Assembly: GCA_016748015.1 (NCBI GenBank)
Contig: JAAOMT010000570.1
Coordinates: 66,043-130,042 of the forward strand
DNA from: Geosiphon pyriformis uo1
Taxonomy: Eukaryota; Fungi; Glomeromycota
Length of the DNA: 64,000 bases
Reading direction: 5' to 3'
A program made the translations under genes and the position numbers. A model generated the notes under the pieces. It was not told the origin of the DNA and did not search any database. It saw only the letters and a program-made list of their open reading frames with translations. Below are positions 51,753-64,000 of the stretch, one piece after another (positions within the stretch are counted from its first letter, which is position 1; each line of letters starts with the position of its first letter).

Positions 51753-54379
51753 ATGTCCAGTAAAAGAATACACAAATATTTCGACCGCAAGCCCGCAGAA
51801 TGGAGCATGCTCGGATTTCTGAACGAATGCCATATAGAGCCGTTCAAACAGAAGATAGATGAATACCTCAAATCCCTTGCGAATATTATGGATTGCGGAA
51901 ATGACAAAAGACACGAAAAAGCGAAGCTCCTTTTCGATAGGTATAGGAAAGTATGGATCTTTTTGTCTGAAGGTGAGGGAAATAGTGGCGTGACGGGAAC
52001 CTTTTCGCTTCCTTGTCATTCAAGACTCTTAGTCGAGCCACAAAACCGGTGCTGGGGCACAGGTGACCTCTTCGCTTGCCTGATGTTCAAGACTCTTCGT
52101 CGACCCAGCACTGGTCCCATCAGGGCACAGGTGACCTTTTCGCTTGCCTGATGTTCAAGACTCTTCGTCAACCTGATGGGATGGGGATCAGAGGCATCTT
52201 AATCGAGAAACAGTACTAATATTCTATGACTTTCGTACCAGGATACTCGGCCTGATCGCCAAATTGCCAAAGATTGGGACAAGGGGCACAAAGCAGAAAC
52301 AACGGGAAGCGGACCCTCCTCAATATATTTCCAAAATTCGACATTTTTGGGGAGCGGGATTGAAACTATCAACCATGGAACTTACCTGCGAGGCAATCAG
52401 AAGATTGGTGAAGACAGTGCTCATTTTTGGCAAAAAAGGAAGTTACGCGAAGAGGTCAGTTACACCTTTCAACTTATATCAATAAATCATTTAGTGCTTT
52501 TGATGATTTTCTAACGGAGTTGAGTTTGGCTCATATTAGGCTTACGAAGACGATGCTATAGATGCCGAATCGTCTAATACAGATACTGAAGACGAAATAA
52601 TCAATGATTCATTTGGTATGGATGAACCCATAATCGTTAAGCCAGCAAGATCAGTGAAGAAGGTGAGCATATTTCCAAATCCGACTGAATTGCTTAGGTT
52701 CAAAATAACTGATAATGCCTCGCTCCTCATCAATTATCTAGGTAAAACCGAGTAGCAATATTGATTTTAGAAGTGATGACGATGTGGAGGATATCGATTT
52801 TGGAGTGGACCCAAATATCATTTTCCCTGAGTCGGAAAATGGAAGTGAGATGTCTGTCTGCAAATACCCCGCTGAAGACAGCTCACCTGACGTTTGGTTG
52901 TTACCTTCTGGAATCTCTGCTGCAAAGGCGATCTGTGGTCCTTCTTCCCTTCCTAGCGCTCAGTAAGTTCTTTTTTTTTGTCTTTTTATCTTCATTTTCA
53001 GTCTGACCTGCGGATACTTCTTTCATTTGCAGCCCGTCTCATATCGGTATCATCCGTGTTGGCCCAAAACTTCGACGACCTGATTGGATTCAACAGGTTG
53101 ATTGGAAGTATTTGTGGGAAAGTGCTGAACTTCCCGTACATCCAGTAATTGATGCTGCGCTGGCTCTCTTCCAGAAGCTTGCTGAAACCGTAAATATCTT
53201 AAGGCTCTCGATGGTTAATGTTGAGTTAACATTAACTTTCATTGTCAATGAATACAGGAATCTCGGGAAGAATATGGAAATTGCATTCGTCAAGCAAAGT
53301 CAGAAAGCCAGCCTGACAAACAGATGACGTTCTTCCTTAATGTACTGGAGTGGTTGTAAGTGTCTGAATATTCATTGAAGAGAAAACGCGATATTCTTCG
53401 CCACTGATACATTCTTGATATCACCTTGTAGTGCCGACACTGTGTTCAATCCTGACAGCGCTTTTCACAGCCCTCGCGCAAAGGAATCAGTTCTGGGATC
53501 CCTCCTCGTTCACCCGGTCCTTCAATATCTTATCAACACGAGTGATAGTGCCATCATCTATCTTCCGGGGGAGATCTATCTTGATGCTAGTGCAAATCAG
53601 CGCATGATCCGCCGTCATCTCATGCCCGAGGATGGTAGGCCATTGGGCCTCAAGGTCGATGGGATTTTTCAATCCCCTGGCAAAGGAGGACTCGAGATTG
53701 GCTTCTTGGAAATGTCCGGGGGCCATATGACTCACGATATGCCCCGGTATTTGAAGGATCACGTGCGTGGTTGTCAAGGGGAACGAGACATCCTTGACAA
53801 TGTAGCCGCGAAGCTTAAGTATGGCGATTATCAAGTCATGAGACGGATGCGAACTTGGTTCCTTCATACTCATGGTGGAGTATAGGTTATACGCTGATAT
53901 GCGTGTTGGGTTATGAGCCTTTGAACTCATTTTTATTTAAACATCTTCTCTTATTACTAGGGCGCGATGTGCAAGTGTGGGGGATGGATCTTCCGGTGAA
54001 GGGGGTCTACCGGATGATCCTCGCAGGAAATTTTCGGCTTCCTATCGACTGGGAAGATCATCATGAGCTACTGCATAGTCTACCAATCTTATGGAACCTG
54101 GGAGTAAGTGTTTACTCTTGGTAATTTATTTTATTGCCAAAAATGCTGGAAGTAATTATTTACTCTCGGCAATTTATTTTATTAAAGAAAGGTCTAAAGG
54201 ATACTGTCAGCACGCTCGAGGAGATCAGAAAATCGCATCGTCAGCAATTTGTTACGCACTCAAAGATTTCGAGGCCTTTGAAAGCTTATATTGGTGAGCC
54301 CTTTTGCACGCCTACAAAACCCAAAGGCAAGAAGTCCCGAAGCATCGATCCTTTTAAAAAGAAAGACTTATCATCATAA
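51753..54379 (+). CDS. Multi-exon protein with a C-terminal PD-(D/E)XK restriction-endonuclease-like (Crinkler-REase-type) domain
   Basis: Exons 51753-51950, 52242-52454, 52540-52662, 52742-52962 and later ones join in frame through GT-AG introns with branch points. C-terminal GEIYLDAS...KVDGIF...LEIGFLEMSGG...D motif. Confidence 0.75.
51985..52181 (+). repeat. Three tandem structured-RNA units in intron 1 of the REase gene
   Basis: Three 47-nt cores, each closed by its own different inverted repeat: GTGGC/GCCAC, ACCGGTGCTGGG/CCCAGCACTGGT and CCCATCAGG/CCTGATGGG. Confidence 0.85.
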
Positions 54380-56329
54380 GTGTCACTGATTGGATTATTT
54401 AAATTGCTGTAAATATTCGCATCTAGCACTATTATTGTAAGTTGTCCATAGACAAATACTTCAAGAACATTGGCATTGAATAATAAAAACTTTAGCACAA
54501 ATTTAAAATTACTTTATATAAAAAACATATATTTACATTAAATTCATTATGAAACCCACAGTACCATTAAAAGCATTTTGAAAGTAAAAAATTACCCAGA
54601 GTATATAATAGTTTTTTATTATAATTTTATAACAATATTAAAAAAATATTTTAATAAAATCCTAAATATTTATTAATTTTAATTAAATTATTAATTAAAT
54701 TTTTTTTTTATGTTTTACAAGATTTAAATTATAAATCAAACTATGTGAATTTAATTAAATATAATATATATACTTGTTACATATAATCATCATTTGGATT
54801 AATTATGATTTTATTGTATATTTATATACACCAAAATTTTATTATTTAAATTTAAAAAAAAAGAGCAATAACTACACAAATTAATATTTCATTAAAAATG
54901 GTTTAGTTATATTAAATATATGTATTATACTAACATAAAATTTAACTGATAATTCATGTAATATATAAAAAATCAACATATTATTACTTATTAAATTATT
55001 TTTTTCTATAGCAGTTCTATATTTAAATTTATACAACCAAATTTTGTTTTTATAATTAATAATTAATTAATAAATATAAAACTCTTATAAAAAACAGTAT
55101 ATAAATTATTTTTTAAAAAACAAAAAAACAGAATTTAAAAAATTAAAAACCAAAAAAACTATACATTAATTAATATATTTAATATTTATTTTATAAGTAA
55201 AAATATGATTTAAAAACTTTATTTTTTTATAATATAAACACAAAACTTTAGAATAAAATTTATCATAAAAATATTTTTTTATTATATAAATATACAAACT
55301 AATAGTAAGCTTATTAATTAAATTTAAATAACATATATAAATTAAAATACCAAACCAAAAAGATATATACCTAATTAAAATTTGTAATTATATAATTATT
55401 TATTATTTTAGCACCAGAATTTGTTTTTTATTGAATATAATACACAATTTTAAATATATTATAATCAAAATAACAAGCATTTTTAAAAATTGTAATATTA
55501 TTTACTAGGAAAAATTTTTTTTAAATAAAAATAAATAAAATAAATAAATAAATTATTTTATTAGTAATATTAAAGTAATTATTAACTTTAAATCAAATAA
55601 CAAAAATTTTATATCAAAACAATATTTGTAATTTGGTATTTTTTTATTCAACAGTAATTGTATTGATTTAGCAATAACAATTTAAGTTTAAAAACATATA
55701 TATTAAAAATTGCTTAATTATTTAAGTAAATTATTATTATATTAAAAGCCAATATATATTTAAAAACTAAAATAATAATTTATATCTTAATTAATATTAA
55801 TAATGCCAAGTTTTAAACTTAAATACTTATATTCAAACTTAAATTGACAAAAAATATTAAAATATTATTAATATTATTAAACAACTTTAAATTATTTAAT
55901 AGATTATTTGTAAAAATATTAATTTTGCTTTTTTTAAACACTTTTTTATCACAAAAAACTACTTAAATTGTAAATACTTTAACAACAAAAATCATAAATT
56001 ATTATTGAATTAGACAAATAAAAATTATTAAATCAAATAAAATTTATAATAATAATAAACCAAAAAAATATAAAGTTTTTTAAATCTAATTTTTTCTAAC
56101 AACAAAACATTTTTTAATTAAAAATAATATTATATTTATTAATAAAGTAATTACTAAACATTATATTAAATTTTCTTAAAAAAAACTACTTTATAATATA
56201 AAAAACATTTTATTATTTTAGCCAAAAAATTGTTAATTAAGTTAATTTTTAATTTAACAAAAACTATATAAGTTTTTTATTTTATTTTTTTCTTGTTATT
56301 TTCTTGCAAACATTTTTCAAGTAAATAAT

Positions 56330-59300
56330 CCTTTTGTGGTAAATCTGGTGGCTGTTTTAGGTAGTATTATGTTTAAAAAGAAAGCATACAAAAGAGTTCT
56401 TTATAATTCTATTAGAGATTCTTTTTCCCCAAAAAAAGATGTCTGTTGGTAATATTAAACATTCTGGTAATAAAAAAGATATCTTTTTAGTCAAATCTAA
56501 TACTAGTAGTAGTGTATTTTTAAATATAGACAGTAAATCTGATAATAATGAGAATAATAATATTTTTTTAGATGTTAATAGTGGCTTTCTTTTTGGTTTG
56601 GCAGCAAATACTCTTAAAATTAAGAAAGTGAATACTGGTTTAATTTGTGGTTTTTTTATTGGCTTAATTGATTATAGCATAAATAAAAATGAAAGATTTT
56701 TTTTCTCTCTTTTAATATTTTTCTTAAAAAAAAGTGGATTGATTCTAAAATAGTATTAAAAAATTCTTTGCATTAAACATTAATTTTTCAGTTGTTGAAG
56801 AAAAATTAGTAATAGCAAAGACTCAAGTAATTAGAAAACTTTTTTCAACAATTAATAATTTTGGAGAGACTATTACCCTCTCAAAATTTAAAGGGATTAT
56901 TTGATTTATATTTACATCAGAAAAAGCATAAAAAAGACTGTGTTATTGGCCAAAAAAAAAGAAATTATCATAAACAATGATATCAAAAAACAAAAAATTC
57001 GTTCAGATTAGGCTGTAGTTTTTAAGAAAATTCTTATAAATATCCCAAAAAAAATAATTATTGTAGCTCTTTTCAAGTTTGGTCAAGTAATATTAATTCA
57101 TTTACAACTAATTGGATTGTGATAAAAGACTGTAATGAAGTTTGTTAAATTAGTTTAGACAAATCAATTGGTAACAAAATGGTCATTTTTGATTGAAAAA
57201 AATTTAGTACACATAGTTAAAGCCATAGAAAATTATAATATTTAAATGTTAAGGGATTAGTTTAGGGCACTTTTATTTACTTTGTTGATAAAAACAACTG
57301 TTTATAATCTTGGTATTCTATTAAAAAGGGCTAATAAGAAAACTTGCATTATAAATTAATTATTTAAAATTGGCAACAGAGTTTACTATACAGTAATTGA
57401 CTTTAAATCAAAAAAGAAATTGGAGTCAGCTTTTTATACAAAGCTTATTTTAAGTAATGTCAAGCTCTTTTGGGCTAGAAAAAATCTGGTTCATTATAAA
57501 AAATATGAGTGGTTTGGTTACTTATTTCTTGAATATAATTTTTTAGGCCCATTAGTTTTTGTCTCAAAAAAAATTTATAAAAAGATTGTATTAAATAAGA
57601 ATTATCTTTAACTGGTCTATCTATATACAAAAAAAATGTTTCCATTGCTTATTCTGTTGCTTTTGGTAACAAATTTTGGACACAAATAGTTTTTTTAGTA
57701 GTTGGTTTTATTAATATTTATTTTGGTTCTTTTTACAAATTCTCTTTCACTGATAACTCTTATTTTAGTAGTATTCTTCTCATCTCTTAAGACATGTCTT
57801 TTTTTAATAATTGGCTGGCTTCTCTAGAATGCTCTTTAGAACTGTTAACAAATTAGATATCAATAATTATATGTAAGTTAAATGAGATAAATTTGGTATT
57901 ATTTGTGTTTATTTTTGTCTCTCCTATTTTAATAGATTTTTCAGTTCTAAATTTAAGTTTGGCTTCAAATTTGGCTACAAATATTTTCTTATTGGCATCT
58001 TTTTTTACAAATTTTAACATAGTACTAGATAATTTACAGATTTTATTTTCTTCTCTTTTATTGGCAATAACTGGGATTTTGGTTTTGAATTTAAGCAGTT
58101 CTAAGATATTAACTACTAAGATTTGAAGTTTGGAATTGAAGATAGTTATTCTTGAAATGTTTGTTAATTCAGTTTTGAATAATTAAATCAGTTGTGTACT
58201 AGCTTAAACTCTAAAGCACTCTTTTTACATTAATGATCAGTTTTGTTTAAAAGTTTATGACCTGTAATATTAAAAAAATAAACAATTTAACTAAACAAGA
58301 TAATGTTATTAGGTGGCATAAAAATTCAGATAATTTGGTTTTTATTATTACAGAAACAAAGCTAAAAAGGTGAACTAAACTATGGATTAAAAACAAATTT
58401 TTGGGTTTAAAAGTTTTTGTTTCTGAATTGAATATAAGTTATTTGAATTTAAGAGTAGTAGTAATAATGAATAATAATCTTGTCAAACATGTGTGCAAAG
58501 TTTTTAAGATTTTTGGTCATCTTATTTCTATCCATTTTTTTTTTGCCAATAAAGTTTCAATAACAATTTTGGGCTTGTATACTGGTGCTTTAATTAATGT
58601 AAAATTTAGTCAAGTATACAAAATAAACTTTTATATTACCAAGACTGTCAATTCAAGTTTTTATGTAATACTGGGTGGAGATTTCAATAAGAATTGAATA
58701 AAACACAATGCTAGTCATAAAAAATATTTGGATTTGGGTCTGCATAACTCTCTTTTAAGTAGTTTTTTTACTAAACTTTCTATATAAAGTAATTTAAAGA
58801 AGGTAAGAAAGACTATTGATTTTATTTTTGTTAATAAACACTTTTTAATGGCTGTAATGAGTAAAAGTTTTAATAGTGTATCAAATTTTTTTGAAACAAA
58901 TCATATAACTGTCTCTGTTTCTTTTGATTTGAGTAATCTCTTAGATAAATGCTTAAATACAATTCAAAAGCAAACTAACAAAGACTGCTGAAAGTTTAAG
59001 ATCAAAATTTGAATACAGCCAAGTGAATCTACTTTAAAGAGTGTTTTTCTGCCAAAATAGTAATATATTTAGATAAGTTCATGAATACAAAAGATTTTGG
59101 TAATCTGGATTTTATATGAGAAATATTAAGAACAATGATAACTAATTTGGTGAATTTGATTTTTTCTAAATATTGGTTTAATGTTTTCAATTATTTAAAA
59201 AATAGACAAACTTTTAAGTTTTACAAGCTTAAAATGTTAATTGCTAAGTTGGTTAAGACCTCAATCTTAGACAACAGTTCAGATTTTACTCATTTCATTA

Positions 59301-61445
59301 AAATCTGGTCAACTTTTAATAATATGCAAGCTTCTGAGTTTACTAGTTTAATTAGTAAGAGTGCTAATTCTATAGAAGTTCTTAGATACTTATTAATAGT
59401 CAAAAAACATTATCAAAAATTCTGGTATAGTAAAACAGAATTGGCCAAAGACAAATATATCAAAAAGGCAATTAAAAAGCATATAGAAAATTTTAGTTTA
59501 GATAAAAAAAGTATAATAAGAAGTGTTTTAAAATAACTTTTTTGTAAAGTGGTGTTTGACTATTTGGTTATTAAGAATAACTTAGTTTTGGAACCAAATA
59601 ATGTAAAATTTAAGATAGATAAAATTATAATGGATTTAACAAAAGAGCAAAGTATACATAAGAAAATACCAGAATTATGGTTTTGCCAATATATATCTTT
59701 AAATTATATAGAAGATAATTTTTTTTTTGGTGTAATAGAAAAAATTAGCATGAATGATTTGATTTCAGTAATTAAAAACCTGCTTAATGACAAAGCTGCT
59801 GGCCTTTTAAGAATTTCAAATAAACTTTAAAAACATTGTAATAACTCAATATTAAGATATCTTTTAAATATATTAAACTTTTATTTGGTTTATAATAATG
59901 TTTTAACTCTTTAGAAAAATGCCTGGATTTTAATGATCTCCAAACCTTATGAATAAAATGAAATACTCATAAATACACAGTCTATTGCTTTAATTGAAAC
60001 AATAAAAAATATTTTGTCTAAAATTTTATCGGATTATATTTTATTAGCTTGTAGCAAATTTAACATTCTCTAAAGTGACAATTTTTTAGTTTTAAAAGTA
60101 TTGTTATTCATAAAAATAGAAATTATAATAGATAGAAAAATAGTTAATAAAAAAGAAGCATAGTAAAAAAAAAATTCCAGGATTTCTCTTAAAGAATTAC
60201 AGAAATACAGAATTTTTTTCAAAAAAATTGAAGAATTTCAAGAAATTTTGTATAACACAAATTATGTATATATAGTGAAAGTATTAGAAGCAGAAAAAGT
60301 ATTCAAGACAATTCAATTCAGAACAACAATATCTCTCTTTTTAAAAGATAGTTTTCTATAACTTGAAATAAAATTATACTTATATTAATAAAACATTTAT
60401 TATTACTTAAATCCATGTTATGATCATTTAATTAAAAAAATATTAATTTATTTCACATTATCAACACTTTATGTTAATAAAATTCAATACTTAACTATAT
60501 TAAACCAATAGTTCTTAATCACAACTATTGACAAAATACTAATTTTTTATTTCTTTTCTTATTTTCTTTTTATTTTTTTTATTTTATTTTTTTTGTTGTT
60601 TACTAATTAATTAAAAGATTAAACACTAAGTAATTGATATTAAGGATAGCTTGATAAAAAACCTGAAAATAAGAGTAGAAATTTAAGAATAATTTATCAA
60701 AAGAGCACAACTGTTAAAATAAACTGGCCATTATGCTAAAGAAAAAAATTCACAGAATAAAATCATTAACCAAAATTTTTAAACTCCAAAATCTTCAAAA
60801 ATTACCAATATTTTCAATTATTAAACACCAAGTTACAAATTTGTTATTTGTTTTAACATTCTAAATAATTATTTATAATAGTATTATAACTCAATCTCCT
60901 ATTTTTACTATCAGTTCATTAGTCAAAGATGCTTTGAAAAAAAACCAAAAGTTTTGGCTAATTCTTTAAAATATACACAAAGCATATAATTTAGTTAGAT
61001 AACATTACTTAGAGGCTAGTTTAAAATGAATTAAAATATATGCCAAATTTATTAAGTTTTTTAGAAATATTTATTTAAATAGAACTAACAAAATAATAAC
61101 AGACTTTGGTTTTTTAAATAGCTATAAGATACTTGATAAACTTGATTAAGATGAAATCTTTTTTTTATTTCTTTGGAGAATTTTTTATGACCCCTTTTTG
61201 TACAAAATTAAGAGACTTAATCATTTATGCAAATACAGAGTTGACTTAAAATTTGTGGCAAAATTTGGCAAAGTGGAAGCTTAAGCTAGAATGATTACTT
61301 ATTTTGCTGCTAAAACTTTTGTGGATAATACAATTTGAATTGGTAACAATTAAACAGTAATACAATATATTCTAAACAAAATTAGTAAATTTTTTACAAT
61401 TAATAACATCTTTATAAACAATGATAAAACAATTGCTATTCTCAT
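56330..61445 (+). mobile_element. LINE (ORF1, then ORF2 APE endonuclease and RT), decayed and interrupted by two LTR insertions
   Basis: ORF1 relics at 56370-58230. APE motifs TCNI, ITETKL, ILGGDFN and TIDFIF at about 58260-58900. RT at 60925-61445 aligns with positions 1-522 (TFVDN). Confidence 0.88.
60102..60880 (+). mobile_element. Solo LTR with 4-bp TSD GTAT
   Basis: TGTTATTCATA...ATTTATAATA (decayed TAACA end). GTAT at 60098-60101 and 60881-60884. The LINE RT frame resumes after it. Confidence 0.85.
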
Positions 61446-62253
61446 TGTTATAGGTGATTATTTCTGTTGTTGAATTGAATAACAAATCCGTAACTTGGTG
61501 CTCAAAAGCTACTTTTGTGGATGATGTGTGGAAGGTGTGGTATCTGAAGGTTTTGGTTGAGTTCTTTGTATAATGAACAGAGATTCAATAAGGTTGATAG
61601 TGGTTGTATTCTCAAGTTGGTTTCCCAATTTCTTTCTCAGCATGATGGCCAGATTTAGTCTGGCAGTTGTGCTCTTCTGGTAAGCTATCCGATAATATAT
61701 ATAAACTCCTACCCTTATTTCTGGGTCTTTTACCAGGCTATCTTTGACGTCAATAACTCAGTGCTTAATTTTTTAATCAATTAGTATATAACAACAAAAT
61801 CAAAGAAAGAAAAAATAAAATAAAGAAAATAAAAATAAAAAAAATAAAAAAAATAAGCCAAGACAATTTGGTACGTTAATATCTCATCAATAGCTGTGAT
61901 CAAGAGCTATTGTTCCAGCATAGTTAAGTATCAATTACTATCAACATGAAGTGTTGATAGTGGAGAGTGGATTGAGATATGGAATAATTATTTATTTAAT
62001 GATTTTGTTTCTTGGCTAAGGATTCTGTGGTATTGATTCTGTCTTTTCTGTTTCTAACACTACTGCTATATATACATAATTGGGATTTCTCAATTTCTTG
62101 ATTCTTCATAACAGGAATCCTGGAATTCCTGGAATCCTGCGATTCCTTTGAAAGAAATCTTGGAATTCCACATTTACTATGTTTACTTCTAATTGGCTAA
62201 TAATTATGCTAATATATTTTCTATATTTCTATGAGTAACATTATTTCCTCCTT

Positions 62254-62913
62254 TTAATATTGAGCTCTGTCAAAATCTAACTCATGTAATTCCCCCTCTT
62301 GAAGTATTTCCTGGATTTCGTTTTCGAGAATTACTTGTGTTATTTGGGTCTGTAATTCTTCAAATTGAGCATTGGTGATTTTTCCCAATTGATTACTGGT
62401 AACCATATCCATCGCTCTGTTGAGCAATATTTCTGGTTTATCCTGAAATGCTGTGTGTATTCGGTATATGGCTCAGGCTTGTGTGGATAAGTTGTTCTTT
62501 CCCACAAAATGTTCTAATTGTTGTAGTATTTTTTTGTCGAATAATCGCTTTGTTTTATCCATATATAGATTCTGGATATTTACATGTTGTCCCAAGTAAA
62601 AATAACAATAGTTTTGTGGAAATTGTTGTATCCACCAATTCCAAATTTCTTTAGTCAACTCTTAATATAGTGACTTTTTTGTCAATTCTTTTATTGTTAA
62701 TTTTACTTTCGCCATGATTTTGTCCACAGTATTTTCAGTTTTCTTCTGTGTTCTGAGTTGAAATGTCTTTCTAGTATCTTGATATCAAATGATTTGTTGA
62801 TTGATTGTAATCTCCATTTCCTGGTGTTGGATTAATTGAAAGAGTTGTTGTGTTAGTGAGTGAATGTTGTCTGTAATTTCCATTTTTCTGATATTTCCTG
62901 TCGTGTCTACCAT
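62254..62913 (-). pseudogene. Accessory ORF3 (219 aa) between pol and the 3' LTR, function unknown
   Basis: Single frame MVDTTGNIRKME...WNWWIQQ...ELDFDRAQY with three in-frame stops (TGA, TAA, TGA), each a single C>T. The last is Arg in the 11676 copy. Confidence 0.75.
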
Positions 62914-62937
62914 GTCTTTATATATTCTTTTGATGGA

Positions 62938-64000
62938 TCAATTTAACGTGTTGTTGTCGATAATAATGATTGGTTCCAGATCTCGTGGAATCTTATCTGG
63001 TTGGACTAGTACTCTCTGTACTCCTAATTGTGGAATATTACTGGTAGATGATAGTGTGATGTTGTGGTATGGTTTTAGTCAATCTCCATGTGCTGCTTTG
63101 GTTAAAATTTTGTTATTCAGTCTTAATTTGTAAGCTCCATTTTCTAAAATTTCTTCTATGTGAAATGGTCCATCTCATTTGGGGTCAAATTTTCCACTCC
63201 ATTGTTTTTCCACTTTGGTACGATGTAGTAATACTTTGTCTCCGATCTTGAATTCAATTGGTTTGTCTGGTAGTTGACTATTGTGTCTTTCTTTCTGTGT
63301 TTTTTGTGACTTTTGAATATTATCAGCTGCTCTTTTTTGTTTGTTTTCCAATGTTTTCATTAAGTTATATGTTCTTCTCAGCAATGTTTCTTGAAAATTT
63401 TCTTCTGTTATTGGTTCAGCTGGATATGTATTAATTTCTCTCTCTACTGGTAACGTTGCTATTCTCCCATATACTAATTCAAATGGTATTGCTTGTGTAG
63501 TATCTTGTTTCGTTGTCCGATAAGCAAATAGTACTGATGGTATGAACAAATCCCAATTGTTTTGGTTTTCTTGGCTGAGCTTGGCTATTGCTTCACACAA
63601 TGTTCTGTTGAATCTTTCTACTAATCCATTGGTTTGTGGATAGTATGGTGATAATAATGGTCTCTTGATTCCAAATCTTTGGCTTAATTCTGTTAATGTT
63701 CTGTTCACAAAATGAGTTTCTTGGTCTGATAATAATTCTTTTGGACATTCATGTCGACAAATCAAATCCTGATGAACAAATTCAGCAATGGATTCTGCAT
63801 CCACTCTTTGAATTGCTTTCACCTCTGGCCATTTAGTGAGATAGTCCATAGCTACTGCTATGTATCTGTTTCCTCTGCTGGTGATTGTTAATGGTCTGAC
63901 TAAATCAATTCCCATATGGTCAAATGGTTGTCCCATTTTGATTGGTCTTAATGGTTTACTGGGTCTTGTTCCTTCTCTTCACTGACAAGCATCACAATTT
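62938..64000 (-). pseudogene. Integrase (rve core plus GPF/GPY module, no chromodomain)
   Basis: GIDL, LLSDQETHF, YPQTNGLVERFNRTL and FKIGDKVL...*DGPFHI. Confidence 0.92.

Larger units (their letters stand above)
61446..64000 (-). mobile_element. Second copy of the gypsy family (3' LTR 61446-62240, PPT, ORF3, integrase), continuing beyond the window
   Basis: The LTR matches 10891-11662, and the integrase ORF is at 63175-63936. Confidence 0.93.

Noticed and set aside
52085-52093. GTTCAAGAC as a tRNA T-arm or Pol III B box
   Set aside because: No T-stem or cloverleaf forms, and unit 1 lacks the G.
51985-52181. CRISPR array, hammerhead or HDV ribozyme interpretation of the intron repeats
   Set aside because: The spacers are self-complementary closing stems and there are no cas genes. 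The hammerhead core CUGANGA/GAAA is incomplete on both strands. ACCUCUUCGC resembles HDV P3/L3, but P3 cannot close.
54500-56330. F/I/K/L/N-rich short ORFs and organelle-like AT composition in AT blocks (also 2.9-8, 28.7-30 and 42.5-45 kb)
   Set aside because: Explained as hypermutated TE relics; no mitochondrial genes are recognisable.

Overview
Eukaryotic, intron-rich fungal DNA. The gene set and TE families resemble a Glomeromycotina genome such as Geosiphon (inference from recalled protein families, not a search). About two thirds of the window is nested transposon debris. It includes RNase H-bearing LINEs, at least four copies of an ORF1-only half-LINE that shares the LINE 3' tail, a Ty3/gypsy family with a dUTPase and an extra 3' ORF (one TSD-flanked copy, one partial copy, solo LTRs), and a hAT DNA transposon. 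The repeats are eroded by C>T/G>A transitions, biased to CpG and TpC/CpC. Gene islands contain a Thr/Gly-rich secreted protein, TRS23, an ACAP-type ArfGAP, MRPL16, ARP5, UXS1, an LRWD1/ORCA-like WD40 protein, IND1/NUBPL and a PD-(D/E)XK (Crinkler-REase-like) nuclease gene. The most striking observation is in intron 1 of that nuclease gene. It carries three tandem covarying three-way-junction RNA units whose conserved loop is complementary to the gene's own exon 2/intron 2 splice junction.
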